A stretch of DNA of 64,000 nt from assembly GCA_030390025.1 (NCBI GenBank), contig CM059432.1, positions 71,922,001 to 71,986,000 on the forward strand, in the 5' to 3' direction. This stretch comes from Squalus acanthias. Taxonomy: Eukaryota. The notes beneath the pieces are model-generated. The model was not told the origin of the DNA, made no database searches, and saw nothing but the letters and a program-made list of their open reading frames with translations. Both the position numbers and the translations under genes were made by a program. Below are positions 1 through 13,657 of this stretch, piece after piece. The first letter of the stretch is position 1; each line of letters opens with the position of its first letter.

Positions 1-8
1 GCAAGACC

Positions 9-314
9 TTGCTGTCCTCTCTCGGGATGACAGCATTGCTACTCCCACCACTGCCACTCTGCCATTGCACTTGCCGCTGCCTGTTAGCCAGCCAGTCCAG
101 ACTGTTGCCGCTCATGCCGAGGTGGTGCAGTCTACAGCCAGGCCTTCTAGGGCCAGAGCTGTTCGAGGTTGTCCTGCAAGGCCATCATAAGCCTCCAGCA
201 TGGCAGCCTTCCACCAGCCATGCTACAGCCACTTGGGGAGCACTTCGTTGGAGCACTAGGTTAGGAAAAGCCATACGAAAGACAGACATTAAGGGATTTC
301 CCAAGGGTGATTAG
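9..314 (+). pseudogene. 3' end of the Harbinger Myb/SANT-like partner gene
   Basis: QPSTSHATATWGALRWSTRLG resembles QPSTSLAAATEVPLRRSSRVR at the end of the 50659-51381 ORF. Confidence 0.6.
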
Positions 315-469
315 TTAATAGTATCATTGTACAAATGTGTCATGTGAATATTGATAAACGTATTCATTTTGTTTGGAATCTTTTGTGGTGTCTCATTTCA
401 GCTTTGTGCCCAGGAGAAGGATTCCGTGAGACAGGGATGGTATTATGGAGATGTGGTGAGCAACGGGGA

Positions 470-1462
470 TCTGGGGTTTCATTCATTCGAATCGGAGTCT
501 GATGAGCCGCTCACAGACAGCCCGTCCAGATGGACGATTGGGTGCCTGCCTCCTCCCTCCCTCCTCTTCCTCTTGCTCCTCATCCTCCTCCTCTCTCCTG
601 AGGTGGTGGCACAATCCCTGTTGGCAAGGGCTGCACCCTCATGATGGCCAAGTTGTGAAACATGCAGCAGACCACCACGAAGTGGGACACCTGCTCCACC
701 GAGTGGTCAAGGCAGCGGAACAGTAGCTTCAGTCATGAGCCAGGTGCAGAGAGGATAGCCCCTGTCTCCGAACAGCCATCCTCGAGCTTGCTGTGGTGGC
801 TGGAAGATTGCTAGTACAGGGTGAAGGCATCATGGCTGCTGCCAGGATAGCAGGCATTGAAATTGCGGTTCACTGTATGTGGTCGCACACCAACTGACAT
901 TAAGTGAGTGGTAGCCTTTGCAGTTACGGAAGATCTCTGGATTGTTATATGGTGCTCGCAAAGCCACGTGTGTGCAGTAGATGCACCATGGGGAAGCCCG
1001 CTATCCTGGCAAAGCCACATGTGCACTAGTCCTGCTTCTCTGCTGAGATAGAAACCAACCTAGTTCCTTTTCCTGGTATAGAGAGCTTCTGTGACCTCTG
1101 GATGCAGCGATGGATGGCGAACTGGGAGATGTTAGCTATGTCTCCTGCTGCAGACTGGAAGGATCCACTGGCGAAGAAATTGAGGGCCACGGTGACCTTG
1201 ACTGCCACTGGGAGAGCCATGGTTGCTCTGCTCTGAGGCTACAGGTCTGGTTGCAGGAGGTGGAAGAGTTCTGTGACTACCTCCTTGGTGAAGCATAGCC
1301 TCTTAAGACACTGCTCCTTGCTTAATTGGAGGTAGGAAAAGTGCTGTCGGAAGCCCCTAGGTGGGTAAGACCTGCTGTTGAGAGCCCTCAATTCCGCGCT
1401 GCCTTCCACTCCCTCTGCCGTAGATCATGGAGGGCAAGGTCAATTGCCAGTATAGTCCCCAT
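470..1462 (-). pseudogene. HARBI1-like DDE transposase, frameshifted
   Basis: Fragments [21 protein letters not shown]...ISQFAIHRCI and NACYPGSSHDAF are colinear with the intact 51676-52836 transposase. Confidence 0.85.
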
Positions 1463-1962
1463 GACTGTGAGCAAGTGTTGTGAGCAGAAGCCTTAAAAAA
1501 ATAATGAGGTAGTTCTTCATTTGCAACAACACTCCCTGTTACTAATTAACATTGAAATGAGTAAAGAAAGCTGTTGGATTTGCAGGAAGTTGCACAGAGC
1601 CACTCAAACTGCAGAACCATGTCAGGTGCAACTTATTGCTGATGATCCCTTTAAATATTGTTGCTGGAGCCTCCTTCCTGCTGTTGGACACCTGCTCTCC
1701 CTGTCGTTGTTTAGACAAGTTCGATGGCAAGAACGAATACTGCAGATCGGGCGTTGAGTGAGCGTTGCACACTCACTGACATCACGATCTCCGCCATTTA
1801 AATCCCTATAGTGATCACGTTTACCGGTAGCGCTACCGGCACTTGCAAAATGGCGCCTGCCTCGGGGTCCGCTACCAGCTGGCAGAAGAGCGCCAGCCGT
1901 CGCTTTCTCTACATTTCATGGCGGTAATGGGTGATGCAAACCAAAAGAATTTCTAGGCCATA

Positions 1963-3185
1963 GTCTTTCCTTATTCATTCAATCAAAACCTTTTATAATT
2001 TTACAAACTGCTATTAAACCACCTCTTAGCTTCCACTGCTCCAGTGGAAACAGTGCTAGTACCTCAAGTCTTTCCTCATAACTATACTTTCCCATTCTTG
2101 GCATCATCCGTGTGAATCTAAACTCTGTTTTCCATGGCTCTATTGTCCTTTCTCCTAATGTGCCACCCAAGAACTCTACACAGCACTCTAATGGTGGCCT
2201 GACCAATGTTTTGTATAAATTAATCATTACTACATTACTATTGTACTCTATGTTCTAATTTATACTAATGACATTGGTCTTTTTTGACTACAGTTCAACA
2301 GTACTTAATTAACCCTGAAGCACTTTGGGACATCCTGAGGTCATGAAAGACCCAATATAAATGCAAGCAGTCTCTTTACCTACTTACACTTGCACTTTCA
2401 AGCAATTATGTATTTGAAGCTCCAGGTCTTTCATTAAGTGCATATTCCTAGTCCTTGTTTTTTTTCTCCCAAAATGTATTAACTTATATATGAAATTGTA
2501 TTTGCCGTCTGCCCATTCCACTAACCTGTCTATGTCTTCTTGAAGTCTTTTAAGTTTCTAAATCTCCAGCTTTTGTGTCATTGCTAATTTTAAAATTATT
2601 TTACCTATACTCAAGTCATCTACATATACCATGAACTAAAGCTGACCCAGCCCAGATCCCTGGGTGGCAACTATTCACAACCCTTCGCTGCAACAGCCAT
2701 TTATCCTAACTCTTTATTTCCTGTCTGTCAATCATCTTTCTATCTATGCTGCTATATGTTTTCTTATACCATACGTCTGAATTTTTCTAACAAACCTCTT
2801 CTAAGACACCAAATGATCGCCAATTGAAAATCCATATATAATACATCTAACTGCATTCTTTTTATCTATCTAATCATTCACTTCTTCAAAATAACTATTA
2901 CATTTAACATGCTGGCTATCCTTGATTCTAAATGGTTACAAATTTTTATCTTGCATTATGGATTCTAAGAGTTTGTCCACACTTTAAATTAGACTAGCTG
3001 GTCTATTGTTGGCTGATTTATCTCTCTCCCCCTTCTTAAACAAGAGTGTTATATGACTACTCTCCAGTCCCACGGCACAATTTGCATATTTAAGGATGAT
3101 TGAAAAATTGTGGTCAGGGCCTCTGCTGTCTCCTCTCTAACTTCTTTCAATAGCCCTGGCTGTGTGCCAGCAGGGCCTGGTGACA
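1963..3185 (-). mobile_element. CR1 LINE ORF2 3' half, old and degraded
   Basis: ORF 1979-2227 (LYKTLVRPPLECCVEF...YEERLEVLALFPLEQWKLRGGLI) is the CR1 ORF2 C-terminal motif; RT-region remnants continue to about 3185. Confidence 0.85.
2316..2376 (+). mobile_element. SINE 3' tail fragment (Deu-SINE/SacSINE1-like)
   Basis: AAGCACTTTGGGACATCCTGAGGTCATGAAAGACCCAATATAAATGCAAG; the same tail is inverted at 7667-7780. Family name is from recall. Confidence 0.55.
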
Positions 3186-3879
3186 TACTGTTGGCACCCA
3201 TATGGCCCTATGTGATCCTGTGCAACAATGGGCCAGATCTTGCTGGAGTGGGGCATATGCCATTAGTTAGGCTTTTTCCTGCAACCTTCAACTCAAAATG
3301 TTTTTGCGCCATAACTTGCTGGAATTGCGAGATTATAACTCTGTAGCAAGGGCAATGGAGCATCTGGGACCTTAGTGACTGGCGGAACCAACAATATATC
3401 TTCCTTAACCATTGTGATTTAAGGATTGAGAAAGAAACAAAGGAATGCCAGGGAATAAGGATGAATTTGAGTAAAATCAGGTACAGAAAGAGAAATAAAG
3501 AGAAAGAATGACTGAATTAAGAGAGAGAAAAAAGAGACAGGAAAAGTAAGAAAAAAATTAAGAAAATAAGAATTTGACCTTTTTTTAATCTGCAACAATT
3601 TACTACATGCAGGTATTAGATGAACACTTTAAATTGTTCCCTTTCTGGACCAGAGAGGTTGATTGCCATTGCATTAACAATTATCACATCGTTAAAAGGG
3701 TACTTACGCTCTTAATTTTTGCGGCGAGTTTAATGGGCAATTAATATCCAAATCCAGTAAGTTATTAAAAATAAGGGGGAGGCTAAGGCCGAGATGCCGT
3801 TAATGTGAAACAAACAATGGAGCAACGTAAATCAACCACCAAGTTCTGGAGATTGGCAACTCATGCCGTATCTATTAAT

Positions 3880-4902
3880 CTTAAGAACCTAAGAAATGAG
3901 AGCAGGAGTAGGCCATACGGCCCTTCGAGCCAGCTCAACCATTCAATAAGATCATGGCTAATCTTCTACCTCAACTCCACTTTCCTGCCTTTTCCCCATA
4001 TCCCTTGATTCCCTTAGTGTCCAAAAGTCTATCGATCTCAGTCTTGAATACACTCAATGACTGAGCATCCACAGCTCTCTGGGGTAGAGAATTCCAAAGA
4101 TTCGCAACCTTCTGATTGAAGAAATTTCTCCTCATATCAGTTCTAAATGGCCGACCCCTTATCCTGAGACGATGACCTGCTAGTTCTAGACTCTCCAGCT
4201 AGGTAAAACAGCCTCTCAGCATCTACCCTGTCATAAGAACATAAGAATTAGGAGCAGGTGTAGGCCATTCGGCCCTTCGAGCCTGCTCCACCATTCAATA
4301 AGATCATGGCTGATCTTCAACCTCAACTCCACTTGCCCACCCGATTCCCCATATCCCTTGATTGCCCTAGAGTCCAAAAATCTATCTATCTTAGCCTTGA
4401 ATATAATCAATGACTCAGCATCCACAGCCCTTTGGGATAGAGAATTCCAAAGATTCACAACGTTCTGAGTTAAGAAATTCCTCCTTATCTCAGTCTTAAA
4501 TGGCTGACCCCTTAACCTGAGACTATGTCCCCCCACCTAGTTCTAGACTCTCCAGCCAGGGGAAACAACCTCTCAGCATCTACCCTGCCAATCCCCCTCA
4601 AAATCTTACATGTTTCAATGAAATCACCTCTCATTCTTCTAAACTCCAGAGAGTATAGGCCCAGTCTACTCAATCTCTCCTCATAGGACAACTCTCATCC
4701 TAGGGATCAATCTAGTGAACCTTCATTGCATTGCCTCTAAGGCATGTATGTCCTTTCTCAGATAAGGAGACCAAAACTGTGCACAGTTTGGTCTCATCAA
4801 AGCCCTGTACAATTGTAGTAAGACTTCCTTACTCTTGTACTCCAACCCCCTTGCAATAAAGGCCAACATGCCATTTGCCATCCCAATTGCTTGCTGTACC
4901 TG
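3880..4902 (-). mobile_element. Two stacked CR1 3' ends (about 3880-4232 and 4232-4902)
   Basis: Both begin with an AAGAAC(A/C)TAAGAA tail and the GGAGCAGG..TAGGCCAT.CGGCCCTTCGAG 3'UTR; ORFs 4231-4536 and 4723-4920 encode the CR1 ORF2 C-terminus. Confidence 0.9.
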
Positions 4903-7392
4903 CAGGAGAGCTGGAGGCAATCATGCGTTGCAAGGAACCAGACATAGTACGGATTACTGAGACATGGCTACAGAAAAAACAGGACTGGGAATTAAACATT
5001 GCAGGGTACAACATATTTAGAAAAGATAGAGAAGGAAAAAGGGGAGGTGGAGTACCTGTACTTATTCGGGATAACATACTGACTGGAGAAAAAAGTGACG
5101 CAGCTATCAGTAAGACAGAAATAGAATCCATGTGGATAGAGATAAAAGATAATAAAGGATCAATCACAATCTACAGACCACCTAATAGTGGAAGGGAGGT
5201 GGAGGAAGAAATATGCAAACAAATTAGGGAAATGAGTAAAAAACATGGCCTAATAATCATGGGGGATTTCAACTAGCCCGATATTAATTGGACAGAAGAC
5301 GTAGGTAAAGGGGATAAGGGAATAGAGTTCCTACAATGTGTACAGGACTCCTTTCCAACCCAATATGTAAAAAGCCCAACAAGGGATGATTCACTATTGG
5401 ATCTAGTGATGGGGAATGAACCAGAGCAGATAAGAGAAGTAAAAGTAGGGGAACATCTAGGCAATAGTGACAATAATATAATACGCTTTAAGATAATAAT
5501 TGAGAAGGACATAAGTATGATGAAGAGCAGGGTAATAGATTGGAGAAAAGCTGACTTTGAGGGGCTGAGAATAGAACTTGGGAAAATTAAATGAACAACA
5601 ATATTGGCAAACAATGACACAGAACAGCAATGGGAAGCATTTAAAACGGTGTTCAACAGAGTCCAGGAAAAATATATCCCACTAAAAAAAAAGCACAAAC
5701 TAAACACTAATGGGACACCAGGGATGAATAAAGCCATAAGGGGAAAATTGAGGGTAGGGAAAGAGGCATATATTAAGTACATGGACAGCAGGGGAGAGCA
5801 TCATAAGGGAGAATATGAAGAGATTAGGAGAGAAGTAAAAAAAAACAATTAGGAATGCAAAGAGGAATTATGAAATTAAATTATCAAGGAACATAAAACA
5901 AAATAGTAAAATATTTTACAGGCACATAAATAAAAAAAGGAAGGTCGGGATGGGAATAGGGCCACTAAGGAATGGACAGGATAATACCAAGGCAGCGATA
6001 GAGAGACGGCAGAAATATTAAATAATTACTTTGCTTCAGTATTTAGCAGGGAGATAGAACAGGTGGACATGACATCGGAAGTTGAGATTAGAAATGAAAT
6101 AAATGCATTTAAAATAAAAAGAGGAGATATATTAAATAAACTAATCAAACTCAAAGGGGAAAAATCCCCTGGTCCGGACGGATTACATCCGTACATTTTA
6201 AAAGAATCAAAGGAATAGATAGCAGAGGCATTATTACACATATTTAATAATTTGTTTAAAAATGGTGTAGTGCCAGAGGACTGGCAGATAGCTAACATAA
6301 TACCTATATTTAAGAAGGGAGATAGAACATGTCCAGGGAACTATAGATCAGTCAGCTTAACATCAGTGGTAGGAAAAATAATAGAATCCCTACTAAAGGA
6401 GAAAATAGAAGAACATCTAGAAGCCAAAAATATAATAATGAATAGTCAACATGGATTTCAAAAGGGAAAGTCTTGCTTGACCAACCTCATTGAATATTTT
6501 GAAGAGGTAACAGAGAGAGAGTAGACAAGGGTAATGTAGTTGATGTAATTTATCTAGATTTTCAAAAGGCCTTCGATAAAGTACGATATAATAGACTAAT
6601 GAATAAGGTCAGAGAATGTGGAGTCAGGGGACAAGTAGCAGAATGGATAGCTCGCTGGCTTCAAGACAGAAAGCAGAGAGTGGGGTAAAGGGTAGCTATT
6701 CAGAGTGGCAGAAGGTGGGTACTGGTGTTCCACAAGGATCAGTGCTGGGACCACTGTTGTTCATAATTTATATTAATGATTTAGACTTTGGAATCAAAAA
6801 CACAATTTCTAAATTTGCGGATGACACCAAATTGGGGGTGATAGTCAATACTGAGGAGGACATTAATAAACTTGCAGAATGGGCATATAATTGGCAAATG
6901 AATTTCAACACAGATAAATGTGAGGTATTGTATTTTGGTAGGAAGAATAGGGAGGTCAGTTATTACTTGGAGGGTGTGAGTCTGGGTGGGGTAGAGGAGC
7001 AAAAGGATCTCTGAGTACAAATACACAAATCGCTAAAAGTAGCGACACAGGTTAACAAGGCCATTAAAAAAGCAAACCAAGCACTGGGGTTTATTTCTAG
7101 AGGGATAGAATTGAAAAGTAGTGAAGTTATGCTAAACCTGTATCAAACCTTGGTTAGACCACACTTGGAGTACTGCGTACAATTCCGGTCGCCATATTAT
7201 AAAAAGATATAGAGGCACTGGAGAGGGTGCAGAGAAGATTTACAAAGATGATACCAGAAATGTGAGGGCATACCTATCAGGAAAGGATAAACAGGCTGGG
7301 ACTCTTTTCGCTTGAGAAAAGAAGGCTGATGGGTGACCTAATTGAGGTCTTTAAAATTATGAAAGGTTTTGACAGAGTAGATACAGAGAGAG
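4903..7392 (+). mobile_element. CR1 LINE ORF2 (APE endonuclease + RT), disrupted, inserted into an antisense CR1
   Basis: ITETW, YRPP, MGDFN (endonuclease); QHGF..GKSCLTNL, GVPQGSVLGP, KFADD (RT); several stops and frameshifts. Confidence 0.92.
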
Positions 7393-7835
7393 TGTCCTCC
7401 TCACAGCTTACTTTCCCACCTATCTTTGTATCATCAGCAAACTTGGATACATTGCACTCGGTCCCTTCATCTAAGTCATTAACATAGATTGTAAATAGCT
7501 AAGGCCCAAGCACTGATCCTTGTGGCACCCCACTAGTTACAGCCCGCCAACCTGAAAATGACACGTTTATCCCTACTCTCTGTTTTCTGTCCATTAACCA
7601 ATCCTCTATCCATGCTAATATATTGCCCCCAAACCCATGAGCCCTTATCTTGTGTAGCAACCTTTTATCCAAATATAGAAAGAAAGACTTTCATTTATAT
7701 AGTGCCTTTCATGACCACTGGACATCTCAAAGCACTTTACAGCCAATGAAGTACTTCTGAAGTGGAGTCACTGTTGAATGTACGACATCCACTGGTCCCC
7801 TTTACCCTGCTAGTTACATCCTCAAAAAACTCTAA
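7393..7835 (-). mobile_element. Continuation of the antisense CR1, interrupted by a Deu-type SINE tail at about 7667-7780
   Basis: The reverse complement encodes the GVPQGSVLG/FADDT region; the SINE tail matches 2316-2376. Confidence 0.8.
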
Positions 7836-7902
7836 GGGGGAGAAATTCAGTGGCGCCCCCTTTGGTGCGCTAACTTCAATGGGGCGTTACTTTTGATACT
7901 TT
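7836..7902. mobile_element. Harbinger terminal stub
   Basis: GGGGGAGAAATTCAGTGGCGCCCCCTTTGG matches the family TIR and is cut after 67 bp by the next element. Confidence 0.7.
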
Positions 7903-8795
7903 GGGGGGAAAATTCAGTTGGTTGCGCCTCCCGTTAGCGCCTTAAGAGGGCGCTAATGGGGCGCAAAGCAGCTAGCGCCCGGGCGCGGCGAAGTTTGCGC
8001 CGCTCGAGAAATTAACTAGACATTTTGCGGCGGCGCTAAACACTACCGCCACGATCTCCTGCGCCGGCAGATCATGACGTCGCTCGAGTGTGCAACGCCC
8101 CGGTATCGCCCCGGAGCGGATATTGAGTGGCGCCCCCTGCCTTACCGCCTGACGCTAGCAACGACAGGTTGAGGGGAGCGTTCTGCAGTCATGAAGGGAA
8201 AGGGGGAGCGCTATTTAAAGGTGACCGCTTCCTGCCTTTTATTGTTGGTGCCATTTTTGAACTACGCATTCTGAGAGAGAGAGGGAGAGACTTCTGGAGA
8301 GATTCAACGTTGTGTGAAGGAGTTTTGGGTACTGAGCAGCACTTTGCAGGTTCATTTTGATTTGCCATTCCTTGTATTGATTTAGCAGAGACTGTGGGGG
8401 CTGCACTCTGAGCTCTTTGCCTGGTACTCTCCATTGTTCTTTCCAGCACATTTGATGTGCAAGTCTCTCCAGGCCGAGAGTCAAGGCTGCAATGAGTAGG
8501 ATGTGGATGGAAAGCAAGATTAACCATCCCCTTTAAGAACTGGCCCGTGCCATTGTGTGTGTGTTCCATTGCCGACTGACATTACATGAGCTTCGCCAGC
8601 GCTCTGAGTTAGCGCCTCACTCCTCGCCCTTTGCACCTTAAGACAGGTGTGCAGCGCCTGATTTAGCGCTCCAATCACCTCCAGGGGCGTTAAAAGTGAA
8701 GTTTCCAGTCAGTGGCGATAATTAGCGCCAGGCGCTAATTTTTGCGTCCGGACGATATTTGCGCCCCAAACGGGGCGCGACTGAATTTTTCCCCC
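7903..8795 (-). mobile_element. Non-autonomous internal-deletion relative of the 48759-53348 Harbinger
   Basis: TIRs GGGGGGAAAATTCAGT / ACTGAATTTTTCCCCC; TSD TTT (7900-7902, 8796-8798); both ends align for several hundred bp with the 48759 element in inverted orientation. Confidence 0.9.
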
Positions 8796-11700
8796 TTTAT
8801 ATCACCATCAAATGACAATTACAATAAAGATTGAGTTCCAGTAAGAGCCCTACAATTAAAATGAATTCTGATCTAATTACTAAAGGCATACTTTTTTTTG
8901 GGGACACCATTCACAAATTTTATAAAAATCTCCTTCAAACTTAATTAATTTAAAGAATAGATACTAAAATACTGAAGGAAGGTTGAGTTGTAACTGTCAG
9001 TTTTCTACTGACATGAAGTATTTCTAATACTTTTTCATGAAAGGCTTTGGATTTGAAATTATTATTACATTTTTACGGTAAAATTATATGCTTTACAGAA
9101 GAATCAGGCATAACATTACTTTTTGAATTCAGTCCATTGTAATTGTGAAAAAGCAGGGTTTTCATCCTTCATCAAATGCAAATGATCTGTATTTTAGATT
9201 GTACAGATTTTGTTATAACTCGAGTTAAGTGAAAGCTGACTGCCCTTGCCCAATTTCAAAATGACGACCTGAATTAGGCTGTCTATGAAAAAACAGCCTA
9301 GATTGAGTGACCTGGAGATTAATTGATAAAGTGAGTGTTGTTCTAGGGGAAGTTAAACGTGCGCATTATTAGAGGATTTGAGCAACATAGCAGAGGAAAA
9401 TCAAGTGAAATCAGGTGGGGAAACCTACTGCTGCATTCCCGCCACTACCAGCACCATTGTTGATTTTCCTCCCCAGTAGTAAGATGGTCGACCACCCTAC
9501 TGCATGCAATGATAGTGGGAGAGTGAGGCCCAATTTCCCTGCCTCCTGCTGCCACTGCAGCCGACCCCAGGGACCACCAAGAGAGGGGTGGTAGACTGTG
9601 GGGCAGCAGAAGAAGACCCGCTCATGCCCACTTCTCAGGCCCCAAAACCTTACCTTTTAGGGCTGGGCTCAGTCCGAGGCTAAAAATCATATTACTCATT
9701 ACTCTACAAATTTCCAGGTCTCTTCTGTCCCTTCAAACTTGCCTTCGATTCTTTCGGGTACTGTGGCAAATATGCAACTGCATCACCGCCACCTCATCCC
9801 CGGCACTGCCAAACTTCTTCTTGCTGGTGGCAATCCCTTTGGACACCAACTCTGCACAGGTAAACAGCCCTGATCCAAGAAAATACTTCGGGTTCAGAGC
9901 AGTGGACTGAATCCCTCCCCAACCCTCCTCTGGTAGCAAACCCACCTTGAAGAAAAAAATCCAGCCAGGGTATATTTTGCTCATTGTAGTGCCTGGGAAA
10001 GCTCAGTTCCCAGGTGCAACACAGAGGAAAAAGGTGCAGAGACCCATTACATCAGGTCTTCATCCCCCCAGTAAACCATGACAGGATTGCCACAGCATCC
10101 TCAGTCTAATGTCAGCTGAGTAGATGGAAGCCCAGTGTTAGAATGCAAATGAGATGGAGGCTTTTACAGCCTCCGGCCTTAGTTTGCTCTTTATCGGACG
10201 TTTGATACTCCAACAAGGGAGTGCATGAAGAAACATAGCTCTCCAGCTTGTGCGGAGACCCCCACAGACCGTAGCCTGGCTAGTCATACTATGAACCTGT
10301 GTGGGCGAGAACTACGTAGCCACGGAAAATTGGGCACAGGGGTGGGGACTAGACAAACATCAACTTCATTTCCACTCAGGTTCTGACATGGGCTCTGAGA
10401 TCTTATAGAAGATTGGGAATGAGGGAGTTATTGTAAACATAATACCAGGAAAAGGGTATGCACTGTGTGAACACCATAGTGGCTACCAAGGGAAACACTC
10501 CCACACAGTATGATGGCACAGCATTATGGAGAGCAACTAGGAAAATCCAGCCAAGGATCCCACCAGGAGACCCACAGTAGCACGTCTCCTATCAATGGGC
10601 AAAACTATGACCCAATGCATAAACACACACAAAATGGAGAATTCTCAGATGCATTTACCATAGGTGAAGTCCCAAGCTGGTAGGAAGATGGCATTACTAG
10701 GCTGGGCCAAACTCTTTGGGAGAGGCCAGATTATCCAATCCAAACAGCTGGTGGGCAAATTCCAACTCCTCAAATATATCCACCACCAAAAAACTAAACA
10801 CTTTCTCCAGGACTCAGCCAACCTCCCCTCCACCAGAACTATACCATCATTGCTCAACATACCCTTGCAAGCACATCTCTGCCCTTTGCTCTATTTTTGC
10901 TTCCAATTCCAAGATAATACAGAAAACCTGAGTGAGGCCTGGGTGCGAGACTGAAGCTGTGGGGTAGCAGATGAGCAAATAGGTGCCAAAAGGTATCATT
11001 CTCTCTGCCCCACTTCCTGCAGCAGTATTTCCACTGTCCCTACAAACTATCTGGGGCTCTCTTTCCTTTTGCAGTCCAGAAAGCCATTCACATAGCTTCC
11101 TTCCCAGTACAGATAAGTCATGATGATGCCTCCCTCTGTAAGTTATTGCAGGCCTTTAACCCTGCAGTACCTTGCTATGCCCAAATGGGTGAGCTCAAAA
11201 ATTCCAATGAGGCTGACCCCAGAAATTGCGGATAAGTCAGTGCTCCTTATGTCGTGCAGGTGGTAATCACATTCTATCCTAGTTCCATTCTGGCTCGCCC
11301 AATCTAGATTCATGTTTCTTGAATGTTTCCGTAAAGAAATTACATTCTGTAGGGGTGATAACCATATTAATATGAAGCTATTATTGTTGCAGTTAAGTAA
11401 AACACCTGTGTAGTGTTTTACAACCTGTGATAGTCTTTCAGACTTGCATCTGAATCTTCCTGTATTATAAGTCCACCTCGTATCATTTGTTCAGACTGGA
11501 TTTGATATTCAGAAACACAGTGAGAACAGTGCTTTCCATGAACTCATCAGATGGCTGGCACCTTGGCTATTAAATTTCACATACGCAAATGATTTAATCA
11601 ATATAGTTTTCCAAAGTGCACTGCAGCTTTCCAGCCACATCTGCAAGTTCAAAAGACTAGAGCTTATAGGGAATATTAATTTTTCCTGTACCTTTAATTG

Positions 11701-12184
11701 CCCCAAACCATTTTTGGAAAATAAACAATCAGTTTACAGATTTTTCACCCTGCTTTTGTAAAGTTCCCGAAATTGTTTCAGAATTATGATATTATTCCTG
11801 TAAATTTAAATGTTCAGTTCATAAGAAAGCACAATGTGAGCTAGGGGGATAACACAATTGCTATAGTAGTTTGCTACATAATGGAGGAACACAATAGTTA
11901 CTATGATTATCTGCTAAGTGCTGATTGGATGATTTAACTTGCAGCTCGCTGGCAATGAGATCGCTGCTGACTGGAAATTGCTGGAAATCCACGTGGGGGG
12001 AGGTGACTGACCGCATTAAGCCTTGGAGTGCACTGGAGGTGATTGTGCAAGCAGAGGAGTTGAATCGGTTGGCAATAATATTACGCCTGTGCCGTGAGAG
12101 AACAATTCTACACATAAGTTATAAATTACCTGTTTTCATCATAGTCCTTTTCAGATCTGTGCACAGGCAAATACTCCTGTAAGT

Positions 12185-12470
12185 TTTTTATTATCATTCT
12201 TCGGGATGTGGGTATCACGAGCAAGACCAGCATTTATTGCCCATCCCTAGTTGCCTTTGAGAAAGCGCTGGTGAGCTGCCTTCTTAAAGTTCTGCAGTCA
12301 ATATGGTGAAGGTGCTCCCACAGTGCTGTTAGATAGGGAGTTCCAGGATTTTGACCCAGCAATGATGAAGGAACAGCAATATATGTCCAAGTCAGGATAG
12401 TGTGTGACTTGGAGAGGAACTTGGAGGTGATGGTGACCTTATTGCTCTAGGTGGTTGAGGTCATGGATAC
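12185..12470 (-). mobile_element. 3' end of a non-LTR retroelement (family unassigned); second copy at about 38845-38966
   Basis: Shared GGGATGTGGG..CAAG.CCAGCATTTATTGCCCATCCCTA.TTG.CCTTGAGAA preceded by a T-rich tail in both copies. Confidence 0.65.
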
Positions 12471-13362
12471 AGGAATTATAAATGTGGAAGCACTGTGATT
12501 AATTTACCACATGAGCTGATAGGCAAAATGGCTTTGGTAGCTGGGACAGCTGAGCATGTGAAAGGGTCCGACATACCGATCAGATTAGGATAGTACTTGG
12601 CCCATCAGAAGACACTACAGTGTCTGCATCAACTCGGACCAGCTGTTCTTTTCTAGTGCTATCACCAAAACTGTTTTCACTGTTCAAGAGGCATTTTTAT
12701 TTATATACTTGAAACCTATGAATTTAATATTAGAGGATTTAATATTAGAAGTTCAACTACCTTGTTTAAATAAATGCAATGTGCTATTTATCATTGGCAA
12801 TGTTTCTAACAGTTTTGCTGAGTAAAAGAAAGTGAATCGAGCATTTTAAATAATACATCTTCATGACACAACATGAAAAATTGATGCAATATAAATGTCA
12901 GCACAATAATATCTGGGTATATGTTACCTAGCTATTATAAAAATTATATAAATATGGAAATGATGCATGGTTTCTCATCCCCTGAATTTACATAACATTT
13001 ACACAATAGCATAATTTTGATTGAAATAACATCTTGGAATAAATTAACATTAAATTTAACTAAAAGGGCCTTGTCTCACTTACAGGCAATTTTCTCGGCT
13101 GGTTCAATTTTTGTAAACAACCAAGACCAGCCTAATCCAAAATCTCTGTTTGGGAGACACCATTTTTGGAGCATTTTTGAACAAAGTTTTAGAACGCAAT
13201 TATTGTGAAGCTGTCCTCATTTTTTTAGGTACTATTTTGTTTTCCTGAGATGTATTTAGTGATGTTGTTATCATATCACAAAAGAGGTTGGGGTAGAAAT
13301 TCCTGTTGGGCCTGCTTCCAGCTCCAGAATCGGTGCTGTGCCTAATAACATGAGCAGAACTG

Positions 13363-13500
13363 AGCCCTCGTTATCATGCAATAGGCGGGCTGCCAGCCCT
13401 CGTTATCATGCAATAGGCGGGCTGCCAGCCTTCATTATCATGCAATAGGCGGGCTGCCAGCCCTCGTTATCATGCAATAGGTGGGCTGCCAGCCCTCGTT
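13363..13500 (+). repeat. 32-bp tandem repeat x4.3 inside a Harbinger-like end (GGGGTAGAAATT at 13290)
   Basis: Unit AGCCCTCGTTATCATGCAATAGGCGGGCTGCC, head to tail, no spacers. Confidence 0.95.
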
Positions 13501-13657
13501 TTGCTGTTGATTGGCAGCTCACTTAATCAGGAGTGTGAATATCTGGTGTTCCTGAAGATATTGCGAAGGCAGCTCCCACCTCTTAAAGAGGAGGTACACT
13601 TTGGCTGCAGGCAACTGGAAGGCAACTCAGGAAATGGCAGGGCAAGCAGATTACATA

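Larger units (their letters stand above)
1..1959. mobile_element. PIF/Harbinger DNA transposon, degraded; left end outside the window
   Basis: Transposase remnants on the minus strand converge on the C-terminus of a Myb-like gene on plus. The terminus AATTTCTAGGCC (rc GGCCTAGAAATT) ends at 1959 and is followed by ATA. Confidence 0.8.

Noticed and set aside
13363..13500. CRISPR-like 32-bp repeats
   Set aside because: Head-to-tail minisatellite without spacers.
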